Source of the DNA: an uncultured Actinomycetes bacterium
GTDB taxonomy: Bacteria > Actinomycetota > UBA4738 > HRBIN12
DNA length: 64,000 bases
Assembly: GCA_963758715.1 (NCBI GenBank)
Contig: CAVWWK010000001.1
Location: forward strand, 257,448-321,447
Reading direction: 5' to 3'
Shown here: positions 19,518 through 29,571 of the stretch, piece by piece
How the letters are laid out: each line of letters begins with the position of its first letter
How positions within the stretch are numbered: the first letter of the stretch is position 1
Position numbers and translations under genes: made by a program
The notes under the pieces: model-generated
The model's database searches: none
Seen by the model: only the letters and a program-made list of their open reading frames with translations
What the model was told of the DNA's origin: nothing

Positions 19518-20373
19518 CAGGCCTTGCCCTCGCTTCCGAATCGCCGGATGTGATCGGGGCCATGTCGAGGACCTCGGCGCGAACTGCCTTGAACAGCGAC
19601 GGTGGATCCCACTTGCCGGCGGCTTCGGCCTCTTGCAGGAACGCCAGGTTGGACTGCATGTAGCGGCGCTTGAGCGCGGTGGAGATGTTCACCTTGGCGC
19701 AGCCGCGCGCGATCAGATCGGAGAACTGTGCATCGGTCATTCCGCTGCCGCCGTGCAAAGCGATCGGGATCGGCTCGGCCTCCACGATGTCGGACACTCG
19801 CTCGGCATCGAGCTTCGGCTCGCCCGCGTACATCCCGTGCGCGTTCCCGATCGCCGGCGCGAAGCAGTCGACCCCGGTCGACCGGATGAACTCGAGCGCC
19901 ACCTCGAGGGACTGGCGGGCCGACTCCTCGTCTGAACCGACGTCGTCCTCGACCCCCTTGATGCCCTCGATCTCACCCTCCACGTGCGCGCCTTGGCGGT
20001 GGGCCTCTGCCACGACCTCCTGGGTCTGGCGCTGGTTCTCCTCCACCGGCAGGGCGGAGGCGTCGAACAGCACGGAGTTCCATCCGGCCTCCAAGCACGA
20101 CGTGATGACCTCGCGCTCGGGGCAGTGGTCGAGGTGCAGGGTGACGGGGACCTCGATGCCCGCCGTCATCGAGCGCCACATGCCGAAAAGCACGTCCCGG
20201 CCGATCGACTTGACCGTCTTGACCGACGTCTGGACGATCACCGGCGCGCGGAGCTCGACGGCGGCGGCGAGGACGGCCTCGAGCGTGAGATCGTTGACGA
20301 TGTTGAATGCCGCCACGCCGTAGCGCTCCTCGAAGGCGCGGTCGAGCACGTCTTTGAGTGGGACGACGGGCAC
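19514..20373 (-). CDS. class II ketose-bisphosphate aldolase (fructose/tagatose-bisphosphate type), frameshift near 19555
   Basis: FNIVNDLTLEAVLAAA, HLDHCPE, HVEGEIG-like EGEIEGI, LHGGSGM. The stop overlaps the HAD start (GTGA). Confidence 0.85.
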
Positions 20374-20473
20374 GGAGCACCCTCCCTGATCGGTCGAACC
20401 CCTCAGGCTAGGGACGCCCGCGTGCCGCGCGCATCGGGGAGAACCCCCGTCTGCGAGTGATGGGGGGAATCCC

Positions 20474-21095
20474 TACCCGGCGACGCGCTCCCGTGCCCGA
20501 GCCACCGCCTGGGTGCGGTTCTGCGCGCCGAGCTTGCGCAGGATCGAACCCACGTGCTTCTCGACGGTCTTGACCGAGATCGTGAGCGCCGCCGCGATCT
20601 CGCGGTCGGTCGACCCACGCTCCAGGAGGCTGAGCACCTGGCGCTCGCGCTCGGTCGAGGCCGCGTCGCCGCGTGCCGTTCAGATGGGAGTGGAGCCGCT
20701 CGGCCGCCGGACCCGACACCACCATCTCCCCGCGAGCCGCGGCGCGTACGGCCCTGGCGAGCTCGACCTCGGAGGCCTCCTTGCCGATGTAGCCGCGGGC
20801 TCCCGCTCGAAGGCGCCGGCGACCAGCTCATCGTTGGCGAACGCCGTCACGCGCAAGCGACGCTTGCCGTCGCGTCCTCGGCCCTGATCCGAGCGATCGC
20901 CTCGATCCCGTCGCCGTCGGGCATCTGCAGGTCCATGAGCACCACGTCGGGGCGCAGGGCTCGCCACTCGCGGACGGCCTGATCCCCGGACCCGGCCTCG
21001 CCGACGACGCTGCAACGCTCGGGTCGGATCGTCGACAGGAGGCGAACGATGCCGGCCCTGGTCACGGCGTGGTCGTCGACGACGAGGACCCGCAC
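20474..21095 (-). CDS. NarL/LuxR-family response regulator, at least 3 frameshifts
   Basis: [29 protein letters not shown], then ERERQVLSLLERGSTDREIAAALTISVKTVEKHVGSILRKLGAQNRTQAV in other frames. Confidence 0.75.
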
Positions 21096-22239
21096 AGGGA
21101 GCGGGCCGGTCCGTCGAGGACGTCCGCGTGCATCCGGCGGGCAACGGGATCCACGCGCGGATCCGGGTACCCCATCCGGGTGTGGACTCGAGCTCCAGCG
21201 TCCCGCCCAGCAACCGGGCCCGCTCGGCCATGCCGCCCAGACCGAGACCGTGCTGCTCGCCGTCCTCGTCGACCTGTGCCCGGTCGAAGCCGGCGCCGTC
21301 GTCCTGCACGAGCAAGGTGACGCCGGTGGCGCGAGTAGACCAGCCCGACCCGGACCGACGCGGCCTGGGCGTGACGGATCGCGTTCGTCAGCGCCTCCTG
21401 GGCGATCCGGAACAACGTGTGGGCGACGTCGGGTGGCACGACGACCGGGGTCCCGGCCGTCACGAGCGGGCCTCGACCACGCCCGTGCGGTTCGCCCACG
21501 CGAGCTCGAGCTCGAGCGCCTCTTCGAGCGAACGGCCCTCCAACGGTGAGGGCGCGAGGCCGAGCACGCTGCGCCTCGTCTCCTCGAACGCCGCCTCCGC
21601 GGCGGATCGCGCCTCGGCCAGGGGCGTCGTCGCCTCGTCGGCCTGCCGTCCGCGATCGCTGCGCTGGGCCACTCGGAGCTGCAGCAACACCGAGACCAGT
21701 CCCTGAGCGACCGCGTCGTGCACCTCGCGAGCCATGCGGCTGCGCTCGGCCGCCGCGGCTTCGGCCCGGACGTTCGACTCCGCCGCCTCGTGCAGGCGGG
21801 CGTTCGTGATCGCGATCGCCGCGTGCTTGGCGAACAGCTCGAGCAGTTCGGCATCCTCGTCGACGAACACGCGGTCGGGATCGCGCGTGAACACCACGCA
21901 CGAGCCGACGATCGATCCCCGCCACCAGATCGGGACCCCGATCACGCCCTTGAGCGCGCCCCGGTCCTCCGGACGAACGTGACCTCCGGGGACATCGCCG
22001 TAGTCGTCGAAGATCACCGGGCCTCGACGGGCCACGACCGCGCCGGTCGTGCCCTCCGTGAGCGGGAACACCTTGCCCGACTGGCAGGCGATACCGATGT
22101 CGGCCTCCTTCCGGTAGACGCCCGCCGCCTCGTCGACGAGGCAGATGGAGCCCGCGTCGCAGCCGAGCAGCTCCGTCGAGCGCTTGAGGATGCGTTCGAG
22201 CAGCGGGCGGAGGGACAGCTCCCCCGCGAGATCTTCCAC
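21095..22239 (-). CDS. GAF-domain sensor histidine kinase (HisKA_3/HATPase_c), at least 2 frameshifts, 3' end not resolved
   Basis: N-terminal GAF-like 150 aa, H-box MAREVHDAVAQGL, N-box FRIAQEALTNAIRHA, G-box VQDDGAGF...HGLGLGGMAERA. No stop occurs in any frame before the regulator start. Confidence 0.75.
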
Positions 22240-22429
22240 GACGGCGACAGCGACGCCGCCGGTTCCTGTCGGCGAGGTATCTCGTCGTGCCGCGCCTCGC
22301 CTGTCGCCGCCCGAGCCTCGCTGCTGCCCATGCTCCTATGTCCGTTTCGGGAGGGATACTCGCACGAAACCTTAGGGGCTTCCGCCGGTTCGAGCAATCG
22401 GAGGGCGCGCAGGGAGCCGAGAGGCCGGT

Positions 22430-22762
22430 TCAGTCGTCGAACTTGCCGTACAGCTCGCTCTTGGGATCGAAGAACCCTCCCGAGGGACGGGCGTGTGCGT
22501 GCCAGTGATCGGGGATCCTTCGTCGCTCGGGATCGACGTAGTACCCCTCGTCGCCATACCGCTGGGCCGCCACGCGCTCCAGGTGTGACAGGAGCCGCGC
22601 CTCGTCCTCGGGGTCCGGCAAGCCGTGGGTTCGCCAGACGATCATCGGCGTGCGGCACACGATGCACTCCGCGACCCAGCAGTCGTCGTCCTCGTGGAAC
22701 CAGTCGGTGACTCGCTCCGCCGAGCACAACAGGCATTCACTCGGTGGCGACGGTGAGCTCAA
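22430..22762 (-). CDS. small Cys-rich protein (CxxC...CxxC), unknown function
   Basis: 110-aa ORF containing ECLLCSAE...CWVAECIVCRTP. TTG start overlaps the DUF192 3' end by 26 nt. A degraded paralogue fragment lies at 16962. Confidence 0.55.
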   Translation of the reverse strand: MSSPSPPSECLLCSAERVTDWFHEDDDCWVAECIVCRTPMIVWRTHGLPDPEDEARLLSHLERVAAQRYGDEGYYVDPERRRIPDHWHAHARPSGGFFDPKSELYGKFDD

Positions 22763-23207
22763 CCGGATCTCCGATCTCGATTCCGTGCCCGCGGAACCAC
22801 CCCGCGTTCATCTCCAGCGCGTGCGTGAACGGCTGCCGCGAGGAATACATGCGACAGGGTTCTTCCTCACACGGGTCCATCTCGAGGATGTCGAGGACCG
22901 TGCCCCGATCGTCCCAGAACGCGACCGACAGCGGGATCAGGGTGTCCTTCATCCAGAACGACCCGTCCTGCGAGCCGTCGAACACGAACACCATGCCGCT
23001 GTCGGCATCCAACTCTGTCCGGCCCATCAGTCCCTGCCCGCGCTCCTCGTCATCGTCCGCGACCTCGAGAAAGCCCGTCCGCACCAGCCCCTCGGGCGTC
23101 TCGAAGGCCGCCCGACCGATCAGATGCGACCCCTCCTGGGGAGCAGCCTCGTCCTGGCAGGCAACGAGCCCGAGTACCAGCAGCGAGAACAGCACGAGTC
23201 GGCGCAT
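22737..23207 (-). CDS. DUF192 domain lipoprotein
   Basis: MRRLVLFSLLVLGLVAC lipobox, MVFVFD and SFWMKDTLIPLSVAFWD typical of DUF192. The start is taken at the internal ATG of the listed ORF. Confidence 0.75.
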   Translation of the reverse strand: MRRLVLFSLLVLGLVACQDEAAPQEGSHLIGRAAFETPEGLVRTGFLEVADDDEERGQGLMGRTELDADSGMVFVFDGSQDGSFWMKDTLIPLSVAFWDDRGTVLDILEMDPCEEEPCRMYSSRQPFTHALEMNAGWFRGHGIEIGDPVELTVATE

Positions 23208-23267
23208 CGACACATGGTCGCACGCTCCAACAGGATCCCGGCCTGCCGTTGCTATCATCATGCGGCC

Positions 23268-23340
23268 GCCGGAGTAGCTCAGTCGGCAGAGCGCCTCCAT
23301 GGTAAGGAGGAGGTCAGGGGTTCGATTCCCCTCTCCGGCT
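23268..23340 (+). tRNA. tRNA-Thr (anticodon GGT)
   Basis: Hand-folded cloverleaf. Acceptor GCCGGAG/CTCCGGC, D arm GCTC..GAGC, anticodon arm CCTCC-ATGGTAA-GGAGG, T arm AGGGG-TTCGATT-CCCCT. CCA is not encoded. Confidence 0.9.
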
Positions 23341-23549
23341 CAAGCAAGAACCCAGGTCAGAGGCCATAGACGCTGGATCCTGTTAGTTCGCCAACGCAAA
23401 CCTTTGGGCCGTCGCTCGTTTCGACGTCGCTGGCGTAGCCGAGCTCCTCGAAGCCACCGAAGCCCAGGCCGAGAACGACGACGAGAAGCCCCGTGACTAG
23501 AGCCTCCGTGACGAACTCAACCCCTGCAACCACTGGGGAGTTCACTCAC

Positions 23550-25427
23550 CTATGCCTCGTGTCGCAGAGGCCCTTCGCGCGCGACGACCGGGGATCCTGG
23601 CGCGAGATCGACCCACCCATGGCCCTTGTCGAGCTGGGCATCAAGGTTGATCGCTGCGTTGATCAGGGACAGGTGCGTGAACGCTTGTGGGAAGTTGCCG
23701 AGCTGTTCGCCCGTCGGGCCGATCTCTTCGGCGAAGAGCCCGACATGGTTCGCATACGTCAGCATCTTCTCGAACGTGAGTCGAGCCTCCTCAAGTCGAC
23801 CCGATCGTGCCAGCGCGTCCACATACCAGAACGTGCAGATGGAGAACGTCCCTTCCGATCCGCGAAGACCGTCCGGCGAGGCGGCTGGGTCGTACCGATA
23901 CACAAGGCTGTCGGAGACGAGTTCGTTATCCATGGCTTCGAGCGTCGACAGCCACATCGGATCGTGCGGGGCGACGAAGCCAACCACCGGCATAAGCAGG
24001 TTGGATGCGTCCAACACCTGCGAGTCGTAGTTCTGCACGAACGCATCCCGCTCCTTGCTCCAGCCGCGCTCCATGATCTGCTGGTAGATCAAGTCGCGTT
24101 GGGCTGTCCACTTCTCGAGATCCGCTGGTCGGCCGAGCTGGCGAGCCATGCGCACCGCCCGGTCCAAGGCGACCCATGACATAAGCCGCCCATACGTGAA
24201 GTCCTTGCGGCCACCCCGCGTCTCCCAGATGCCCTCTTCTGGTTGATCCCAGTGTTCGCAGAGCCAATCCAGGATGGTGCAGAGGTCGTTCCATCCCTCG
24301 TGCCCGATCGTGAGCCCTCGGCGGCTGGTGCGGTAGATGGAGTCGATCGCCTCACCGTAGATGTCGAGCTGGAGCTGGTCCGACGCGCCGTTGCCGATCC
24401 GCACCGGTCGCGAGTCCCGGTATCCCCTCAGGTGATCGAGGGTCTCCTCCTCGAGATCGGGTGATCCGTCGATCCGGTACATGATCTTGAGCGGGCCCGA
24501 GTCGCTCCCCGCGCGCTCGCCCGCCCTGTCGTTGAGCCACCCGAGGAACGCCGCCGCCTCGTCCACGTAGCCGAGCCCGAGCAGCGCGTAGACCGAGAAC
24601 GACGCATCTCGCACCCATGTGAACCGGTAGTCCCAGTTCCGTTCTCCGCCGATCTGCTCGGGGAGGCTGGTTGTCGGAGCGGCGACCAATGCGCCGGTCG
24701 GCGCATACGTCATGAGCTTCAGCGCCATCGCCGACCGATGGATGGCTTCGCGCCATCGTCCGTCGTACGTCGAGCGGCCGAGCCAGTTCCGCCAGAACCG
24801 GACCGTCTGATTGAACATCTCCAGCACCCATCTCGGGTCGATCGAAGGCGAGGCCTCCCGGCTCGGAGCGGACTCGAGGACGGCTCCCGCAACCTCTCCT
24901 GCTCGCGCCGTCCACGTCGCTCGGATGTCGCTCCCATTGGGCTCGAGGGCGACGGTGGATCGTAGAGCGAGGTCGAATCCATCGGATCGGAAGATCACAC
25001 CGTCCTCTGTTCTCGTGAGTTCATGCTTCGCTCGCCCGTAGTCGAAGCGTGGCTCGCACTCCAGGACGAACGTCATCTGCCCTCGCACCACCCGGACGAT
25101 GCGGACAAGCTCGTGATGTGCTGACGCATGCTCGGGGGCATCGACCGGCATGAAGTCGACCACTTCGCCCACTCCATCGGGTGTCATGAACCGAGTGATG
25201 AGGATCGCGGTGTCGGGGAAGTAGAGCTGCTTGCTCACGTAATCCGTGCCTTCGGGAGCGATGCGAAACCGGCCTCCGCGCTCAGCATCGAGCAAAGACG
25301 CGAACACGCTTGGAGAGTCGAACCGTGGAACGCAGAACCAGTCGACCGTCCCATCCGTGGCGACAAGTGCCGCGGTCTGAAGGTCTCCGATCAGCCCGTG
25401 CTCCGAGATCAGCGGGTATCCGTTCAT
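23550..25427 (-). CDS. glycoside hydrolase family 15 protein (glucoamylase/trehalase-like)
   Basis: 625-aa intact ORF. GLIGDLQTAALVATDGTVDWFCVPRFDSPSVFASLLD and NWDYRFTWVRDASF are typical of GH15. Confidence 0.85.
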   Translation of the reverse strand: MNGYPLISEHGLIGDLQTAALVATDGTVDWFCVPRFDSPSVFASLLDAERGGRFRIAPEGTDYVSKQLYFPDTAILITRFMTPDGVGEVVDFMPVDAPEHASAHHELVRIVRVVRGQMTFVLECEPRFDYGRAKHELTRTEDGVIFRSDGFDLALRSTVALEPNGSDIRATWTARAGEVAGAVLESAPSREASPSIDPRWVLEMFNQTVRFWRNWLGRSTYDGRWREAIHRSAMALKLMTYAPTGALVAAPTTSLPEQIGGERNWDYRFTWVRDASFSVYALLGLGYVDEAAAFLGWLNDRAGERAGSDSGPLKIMYRIDGSPDLEEETLDHLRGYRDSRPVRIGNGASDQLQLDIYGEAIDSIYRTSRRGLTIGHEGWNDLCTILDWLCEHWDQPEEGIWETRGGRKDFTYGRLMSWVALDRAVRMARQLGRPADLEKWTAQRDLIYQQIMERGWSKERDAFVQNYDSQVLDASNLLMPVVGFVAPHDPMWLSTLEAMDNELVSDSLVYRYDPAASPDGLRGSEGTFSICTFWYVDALARSGRLEEARLTFEKMLTYANHVGLFAEEIGPTGEQLGNFPQAFTHLSLINAAINLDAQLDKGHGWVDLAPGSPVVAREGPLRHEA

Positions 25428-25768
25428 TGCGATTCCCCCTCTCGCGGGCAGTCAGCGAGCATTTTCCATCGTAGACCCAGTCGGATCTTCGCGTGGAACG
25501 ACCAGGAACGTATCGGCGAACGTTCGCTGAACAGATGGATAGGGCAGGCTCGGACGCCGGTTCTTCCGGTAGGATTGCCCCACATGCCCACCTCGGTCGA
25601 GGCTGGACAGGACTGGGTGGTGATCATCCGCGAGACCGCGCCGAAGCACGACGTGGTCGGCACGGCCGGGGGGACGGATCGCAGGCACGCTCACGTCATC
25701 CAGGTCTCGAACAACCCGTACGGGGAGAGCTCCTTGGCCGGCCAGAGCCCGATGCGACATGACCAACA

Positions 25769-25969
25769 TCAACCCATCATGTTCCGGGGATGATCGTTTC
25801 CTATTCTGTTGGGAAGCAAGAGCACGATCACAACAGTGATCACAGGCAGGAACACCGCCAGCAGGCCCCACAGGAGGGCGCTATGCCCCTTACTCCTTGC
25901 GATGAACATGGTGAGCATCAAGAAGCCGATCCAAAAGAACGCCGCCAAGAGCCACCAGATCAGATCCAT
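25769..25969 (-). CDS. small two-span membrane protein
   Basis: MDLIWWLLAAFFWIGFLMLTMFIARSKGHSALLWGLLAVFLPVITVVIVLLL. A GGAGGAGGG motif precedes the internal ATG of listed ORF 25769..26080. Confidence 0.45.
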   Translation of the reverse strand: MDLIWWLLAAFFWIGFLMLTMFIARSKGHSALLWGLLAVFLPVITVVIVLLLPNRIGNDHPRNMMG

Positions 25970-26257
25970 GGTCCCTCCTCCATCGGCGAAGAAGCGGACT
26001 TCTTCGCATTCGTTGTCCGGCGTCAGGCTAGATTTGGTTAACACACGACCAGCAACGACCCTCCCGTCGACATGACTCAAGTCCTGAGGGCGTGAGTCGA
26101 GCCCTCAACCTCCGCGATGCAGATGACGATTGAGCCAGCCATGACGAATCGTCCGGGCCAGCATCGTCACCTCGGTGCTCGGTTGTTCCATCCGGCTCCT
26201 CCCAGCAGGGAACTCAACGACCGGGTGTCATCGTCGTTCTGAAAAGTCGAGTCCTTG

Positions 26258-27670
26258 CTAGATCCCCTCGGTGGCCTCGAGCCTGCCAGACCGGACCGCC
26301 CGGACGAACTCGTCGTAGTCGCGCTCGTTCTGGTCGGCGTATCGGACCGCGAAGTCGGTCATCGCGCGGTCGAACCGGTCGCTCGAGCCGAGGTAGGCCG
26401 AGATCGCCACCGGGTCGCCCGACCGTGCGTGTGCCCTGGCCAACGTCCATCCGCACACGCCGGCGTAGTAGTTCATCGCCTCAGCGTCGAATCGCTCGAC
26501 GAGCGCCGAGCCCTTCATGTCGCGGAGCTGGCGCCAGTAGTAGAACCGATCCTCTTGCACGCCCTTCGTCCAGCCAAGGAAGATGTCGCTCGCCGCCTGC
26601 ATGAGGCGCTGGCCCTGGACGACACGTTCCCCAGGCTGGCGGAACCGGCTCTTCGGTAGATGGTCCTCGAGCACCGAGGCGGTCGCCTCCTTGATCTGGA
26701 GGAACAGGGGATCCTCGCCGTCTCGCCCTTGGAGCAATGCGATCCAGGCCCTCGTCCCCACGCTCCCCACCCCGACGACCTTCCTCGCGAAGTCGACGAA
26801 CTCGAACCGCTCGAGCAGGCGGCGGCGGTCCTCAGGCAGGGTGCTCCGGTAGGCGCGGAGACGCTCGCGCAAGACATCCTCGATCTCATCGGGCGTGAGG
26901 CCGTGCGTCGCGAGCAACTCCCGCCCAGGGACCACCACCGGGGGGTTGCTGATGATGCGATGGTGACCGTCGACGATCTCGGTCAGCTTGGAGAGCGCTT
27001 GCAGACTGTCCTTCGAGCGAGCCTTCGCGATGTTCTTCTCTGCCGCCGCCGCCAGCTTCCGCTGGCTCTTCTTCGCCGCGGCGGTCGCCCTTGCGATAAC
27101 CTCCTCGACATCGAGGCGCGAGTACCACACGTCGAGGGTTCGCATGCCGGCGAACCCGGCCATCGCGCTTCGATATGCGGCGACGGACGCGGCCGAGGAG
27201 TCCGCGGAGCGCGCCGCGTCGAACCCGTTGTCGCGCGACGCGACGACGAAGCTGGCGGCGAGTCGAGCCACGTCGTACTCGAACGGGCCGGGAAGCGTCT
27301 CGTCGAAGTCGTTCAAGTCGAAGAGTAGCGTGCGCTCGGGCGAGGCGAACGCGCCGAAGTTGGAGAGATGCGCGTCGCCGCAGAGCTGGACGTCGAGCCC
27401 CGCCCTGGGGATGTGGGCGAGGTCGGCGCCCATGATCTTCGCGCCGCCCCGGTAGAACGTGAACGGCGATACCATCATGCGCCCGTGGCGCACTGGCACG
27501 AGGTCCGGCTCGCGGGTCTCGTTCTGCGCCTCCAGCAGGGCGACCGGATCGGGGCGGTCCTCCGCCGGTTGCCAGCCTTCGAGGTTCGAGCGCGGCATGC
27601 GTTTGCGAGCGAGTTTCCCCGCCTCGCGACGCTCCTCGAGCGTGGGATGTTGGACCTTGCGAGTCGCCAT
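26258..27670 (-). CDS. DUF2252 domain protein
   Basis: 470-aa intact ORF. RHGRMMVSPFTFYRGGA, CGDAHLSNFG and LFDLNDFDETL are typical of DUF2252. Confidence 0.8.
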   Translation of the reverse strand: MATRKVQHPTLEERREAGKLARKRMPRSNLEGWQPAEDRPDPVALLEAQNETREPDLVPVRHGRMMVSPFTFYRGGAKIMGADLAHIPRAGLDVQLCGDAHLSNFGAFASPERTLLFDLNDFDETLPGPFEYDVARLAASFVVASRDNGFDAARSADSSAASVAAYRSAMAGFAGMRTLDVWYSRLDVEEVIARATAAAKKSQRKLAAAAEKNIAKARSKDSLQALSKLTEIVDGHHRIISNPPVVVPGRELLATHGLTPDEIEDVLRERLRAYRSTLPEDRRRLLERFEFVDFARKVVGVGSVGTRAWIALLQGRDGEDPLFLQIKEATASVLEDHLPKSRFRQPGERVVQGQRLMQAASDIFLGWTKGVQEDRFYYWRQLRDMKGSALVERFDAEAMNYYAGVCGWTLARAHARSGDPVAISAYLGSSDRFDRAMTDFAVRYADQNERDYDEFVRAVRSGRLEATEGI

Positions 27671-27943
27671 GGGGAATCACCCTTCTTCGTGCGCCGGCTG
27701 GACCCTATCGTGATTCAGACTCGCACCGCCAGGTCCCTCCGCGTCATCCCATTGGGTGATGGTCTCGCGCGGTGACTGGCCGTGATCCGCGCTGTGCGTC
27801 GGCGGCACAGTAGCGATACCGGGGCTCGTTCGGCATCATCCGACCTGGGCGTTGCAGATGTGCGGGGAAGTGGCGAGTATGGCCTCAGTCGGCGAACGGT
27901 CGCTCGTCGGTCCGTGGCGTTAGAGGGAAACGGAGGGATTGGT

Positions 27944-28402
27944 ATGAGCGAGAACGAGATCGACGAACTGGGCCCAGTGGACTACCTCGTCGTCGAGTTC
28001 CCCGCTGGGAAGAGCAGCTTCACCGGCGAGATGGCCGAGGAATTGACGGCTTTGGTCGAAAAGGGGATCATCCGGATCCTTGACCTCCTCGTCCTGCAGA
28101 AGGATGAGGACGGCATCGTCGAGGGTCTCGAGATAGACGACGTCGAGAACCTCGACGAGCTGCGCGGCCTCGAGACCCACGTGGCGGAGATCCTCGCTGC
28201 GGACGATGTCGTCCACCTCGCCGAGGCGATGGAGAACGGCAGTACGGCCGGCGTGCTCGTCTGGGAGAACGTCTGGGCGGCGCCATTCGCCTCCGCGGCT
28301 CGCCGGGCCGGCGGGCAGCTGGTCGCGACGGGCAGGATCCCGATCCAGGCGATCATCGCCTCGATCGAAGCGGAGGAAGCCGATATGACCGAAGGAGCGT
28401 GA
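27944..28402 (+). CDS. DUF6325/DUF1269-like small cytoplasmic protein
   Basis: GPVDYLVVEFPAGKSSFTGEMAEELTALVEKGIIRILDLLVLQKDEDG. ATG 27944 lies downstream of a GGAGGG motif. Confidence 0.6.
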   Translation: MSENEIDELGPVDYLVVEFPAGKSSFTGEMAEELTALVEKGIIRILDLLVLQKDEDGIVEGLEIDDVENLDELRGLETHVAEILAADDVVHLAEAMENGSTAGVLVWENVWAAPFASAARRAGGQLVATGRIPIQAIIASIEAEEADMTEGA

Positions 28403-28403
28403 C

Positions 28404-28577
28404 ATGCCGCTACGAGCAGCACGAGCAGGACGACGAGGAGTGATCGGTGGGCCCGTGGCCAGGACGGCAGCCGTCGCCGGCACGGCGGCGGTGGCGGTGC
28501 ACGGCGTGAATCGCCGTCACGATCGGCGTGGCGACCGGCGCGACGACCGCGGCGACCGGCGCGACCGGCGGTTCTGA
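28404..28577 (+). CDS. possible 57-aa Arg/Asp-rich small protein
   Basis: ATG lies 2 nt after the upstream stop. Sequence MPLRAARAGRRGVIGGPVARTAAVAGTAAVAVHGVNRRHDRRGDRRDDRGDRRDRRF. Below the ORF-track length cut-off. Confidence 0.3.
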   Translation: MPLRAARAGRRGVIGGPVARTAAVAGTAAVAVHGVNRRHDRRGDRRDDRGDRRDRRF

Positions 28578-28754
28578 GCCTCGTTCAACCCGACGGGACG
28601 GGTGAACCCGCGAGTCCGTCCGCATCCCGGCGACCCTTCGCGAGTAGTCACGCACAGCCTAGAGCCGCACTCGGTCAGGACAACCAAGGCCGGATCGATG
28701 GGCAAGCGATAGCACTCGTTCCGACGCAAGACCACCCTTCACGGGCATCCGGAC

Positions 28755-29393
28755 TCAACCGATGGTTCGGCGGATCCGGAGCATCCGGGCCCCCTGCGTC
28801 AGCAGCAGCACGCCCGCGATGAGACCCCAGACGCCGATCGTGACTCGCAGCGTCGACGCCCGAGCATCTCTCGCGAGGAGCAGGACGATACCGCTGGCGA
28901 CCTCGATCGAGCCCAGGATGAAGCCGCCGAAGGTCCAGCGATGCCCCGTGCGTTCCTCGATCTCGAATGCCCCCAACAGCCGGAGACCGCCCGTGACCAT
29001 CGTCGTCCCGGCGACGAGGTAGATGAGGGCATCGATGCTCATCACGTCGGCGAGGCCACGACGGGCGAGCAGCACTATGCCCGTGACGATCGCGAGCACC
29101 CCGGCGATCAGGCCGACGCGGCTGCCCGCTTTCCATCGGATGCCCAATGCCCATCGAGCCGTCAAGAGACCACCGAGAAGCCAGTAGAAGGCGATGAAGT
29201 TCACGAGTGTCGGCTGCGACGCTCCCGAGATCAGCGCCCCGAGACCGAGGAGGAGGGCGACGCAGCCACGGAGCATGCTGACCCACCAGAACCGCATCGC
29301 CGCCCCCACGGCCTCGTGCGCCACCCGCGACGGATCCGATGAAGCGGCCGACTGTCCCTGCCGGTCGCGTGCTGCGTCGTCATCCATCGCCAC
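28755..29393 (-). CDS. HdeD/DUF308-family membrane protein
   Basis: Six hydrophobic spans. WWVSMLRGCVALLLGLGALI and LIAGVLAIVTGIVLL repeats. Confidence 0.7.
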   Translation of the reverse strand: MAMDDDAARDRQGQSAASSDPSRVAHEAVGAAMRFWWVSMLRGCVALLLGLGALISGASQPTLVNFIAFYWLLGGLLTARWALGIRWKAGSRVGLIAGVLAIVTGIVLLARRGLADVMSIDALIYLVAGTTMVTGGLRLLGAFEIEERTGHRWTFGGFILGSIEVASGIVLLLARDARASTLRVTIGVWGLIAGVLLLTQGARMLRIRRTIG

Positions 29394-29571
29394 TTCGCTC
29401 CTCGGCTCCCCTCCGATCCGACGTCGCCATCATCGTGCCATCTGTATCGAGCCGACGAGGGATCCATCGCCGTGTGGGCCACCGCTGGGACGCGCGGTTG
29501 GTGGACGCTGTCCCCGTGCGCCGAGCTCCCCGCCAACCCCGGGACCTTGAGGCCGTCGGTAATCTAGTGGC

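Noticed and set aside
23341-23549. Integrase or small mobile gene next to tRNA-Thr (ORFs 23357..23545 and 23299..23496)
   Set aside because: The translations show no recombinase motifs. They are short, overlapping, low-complexity ORFs between the tRNA and the GH15 stop.
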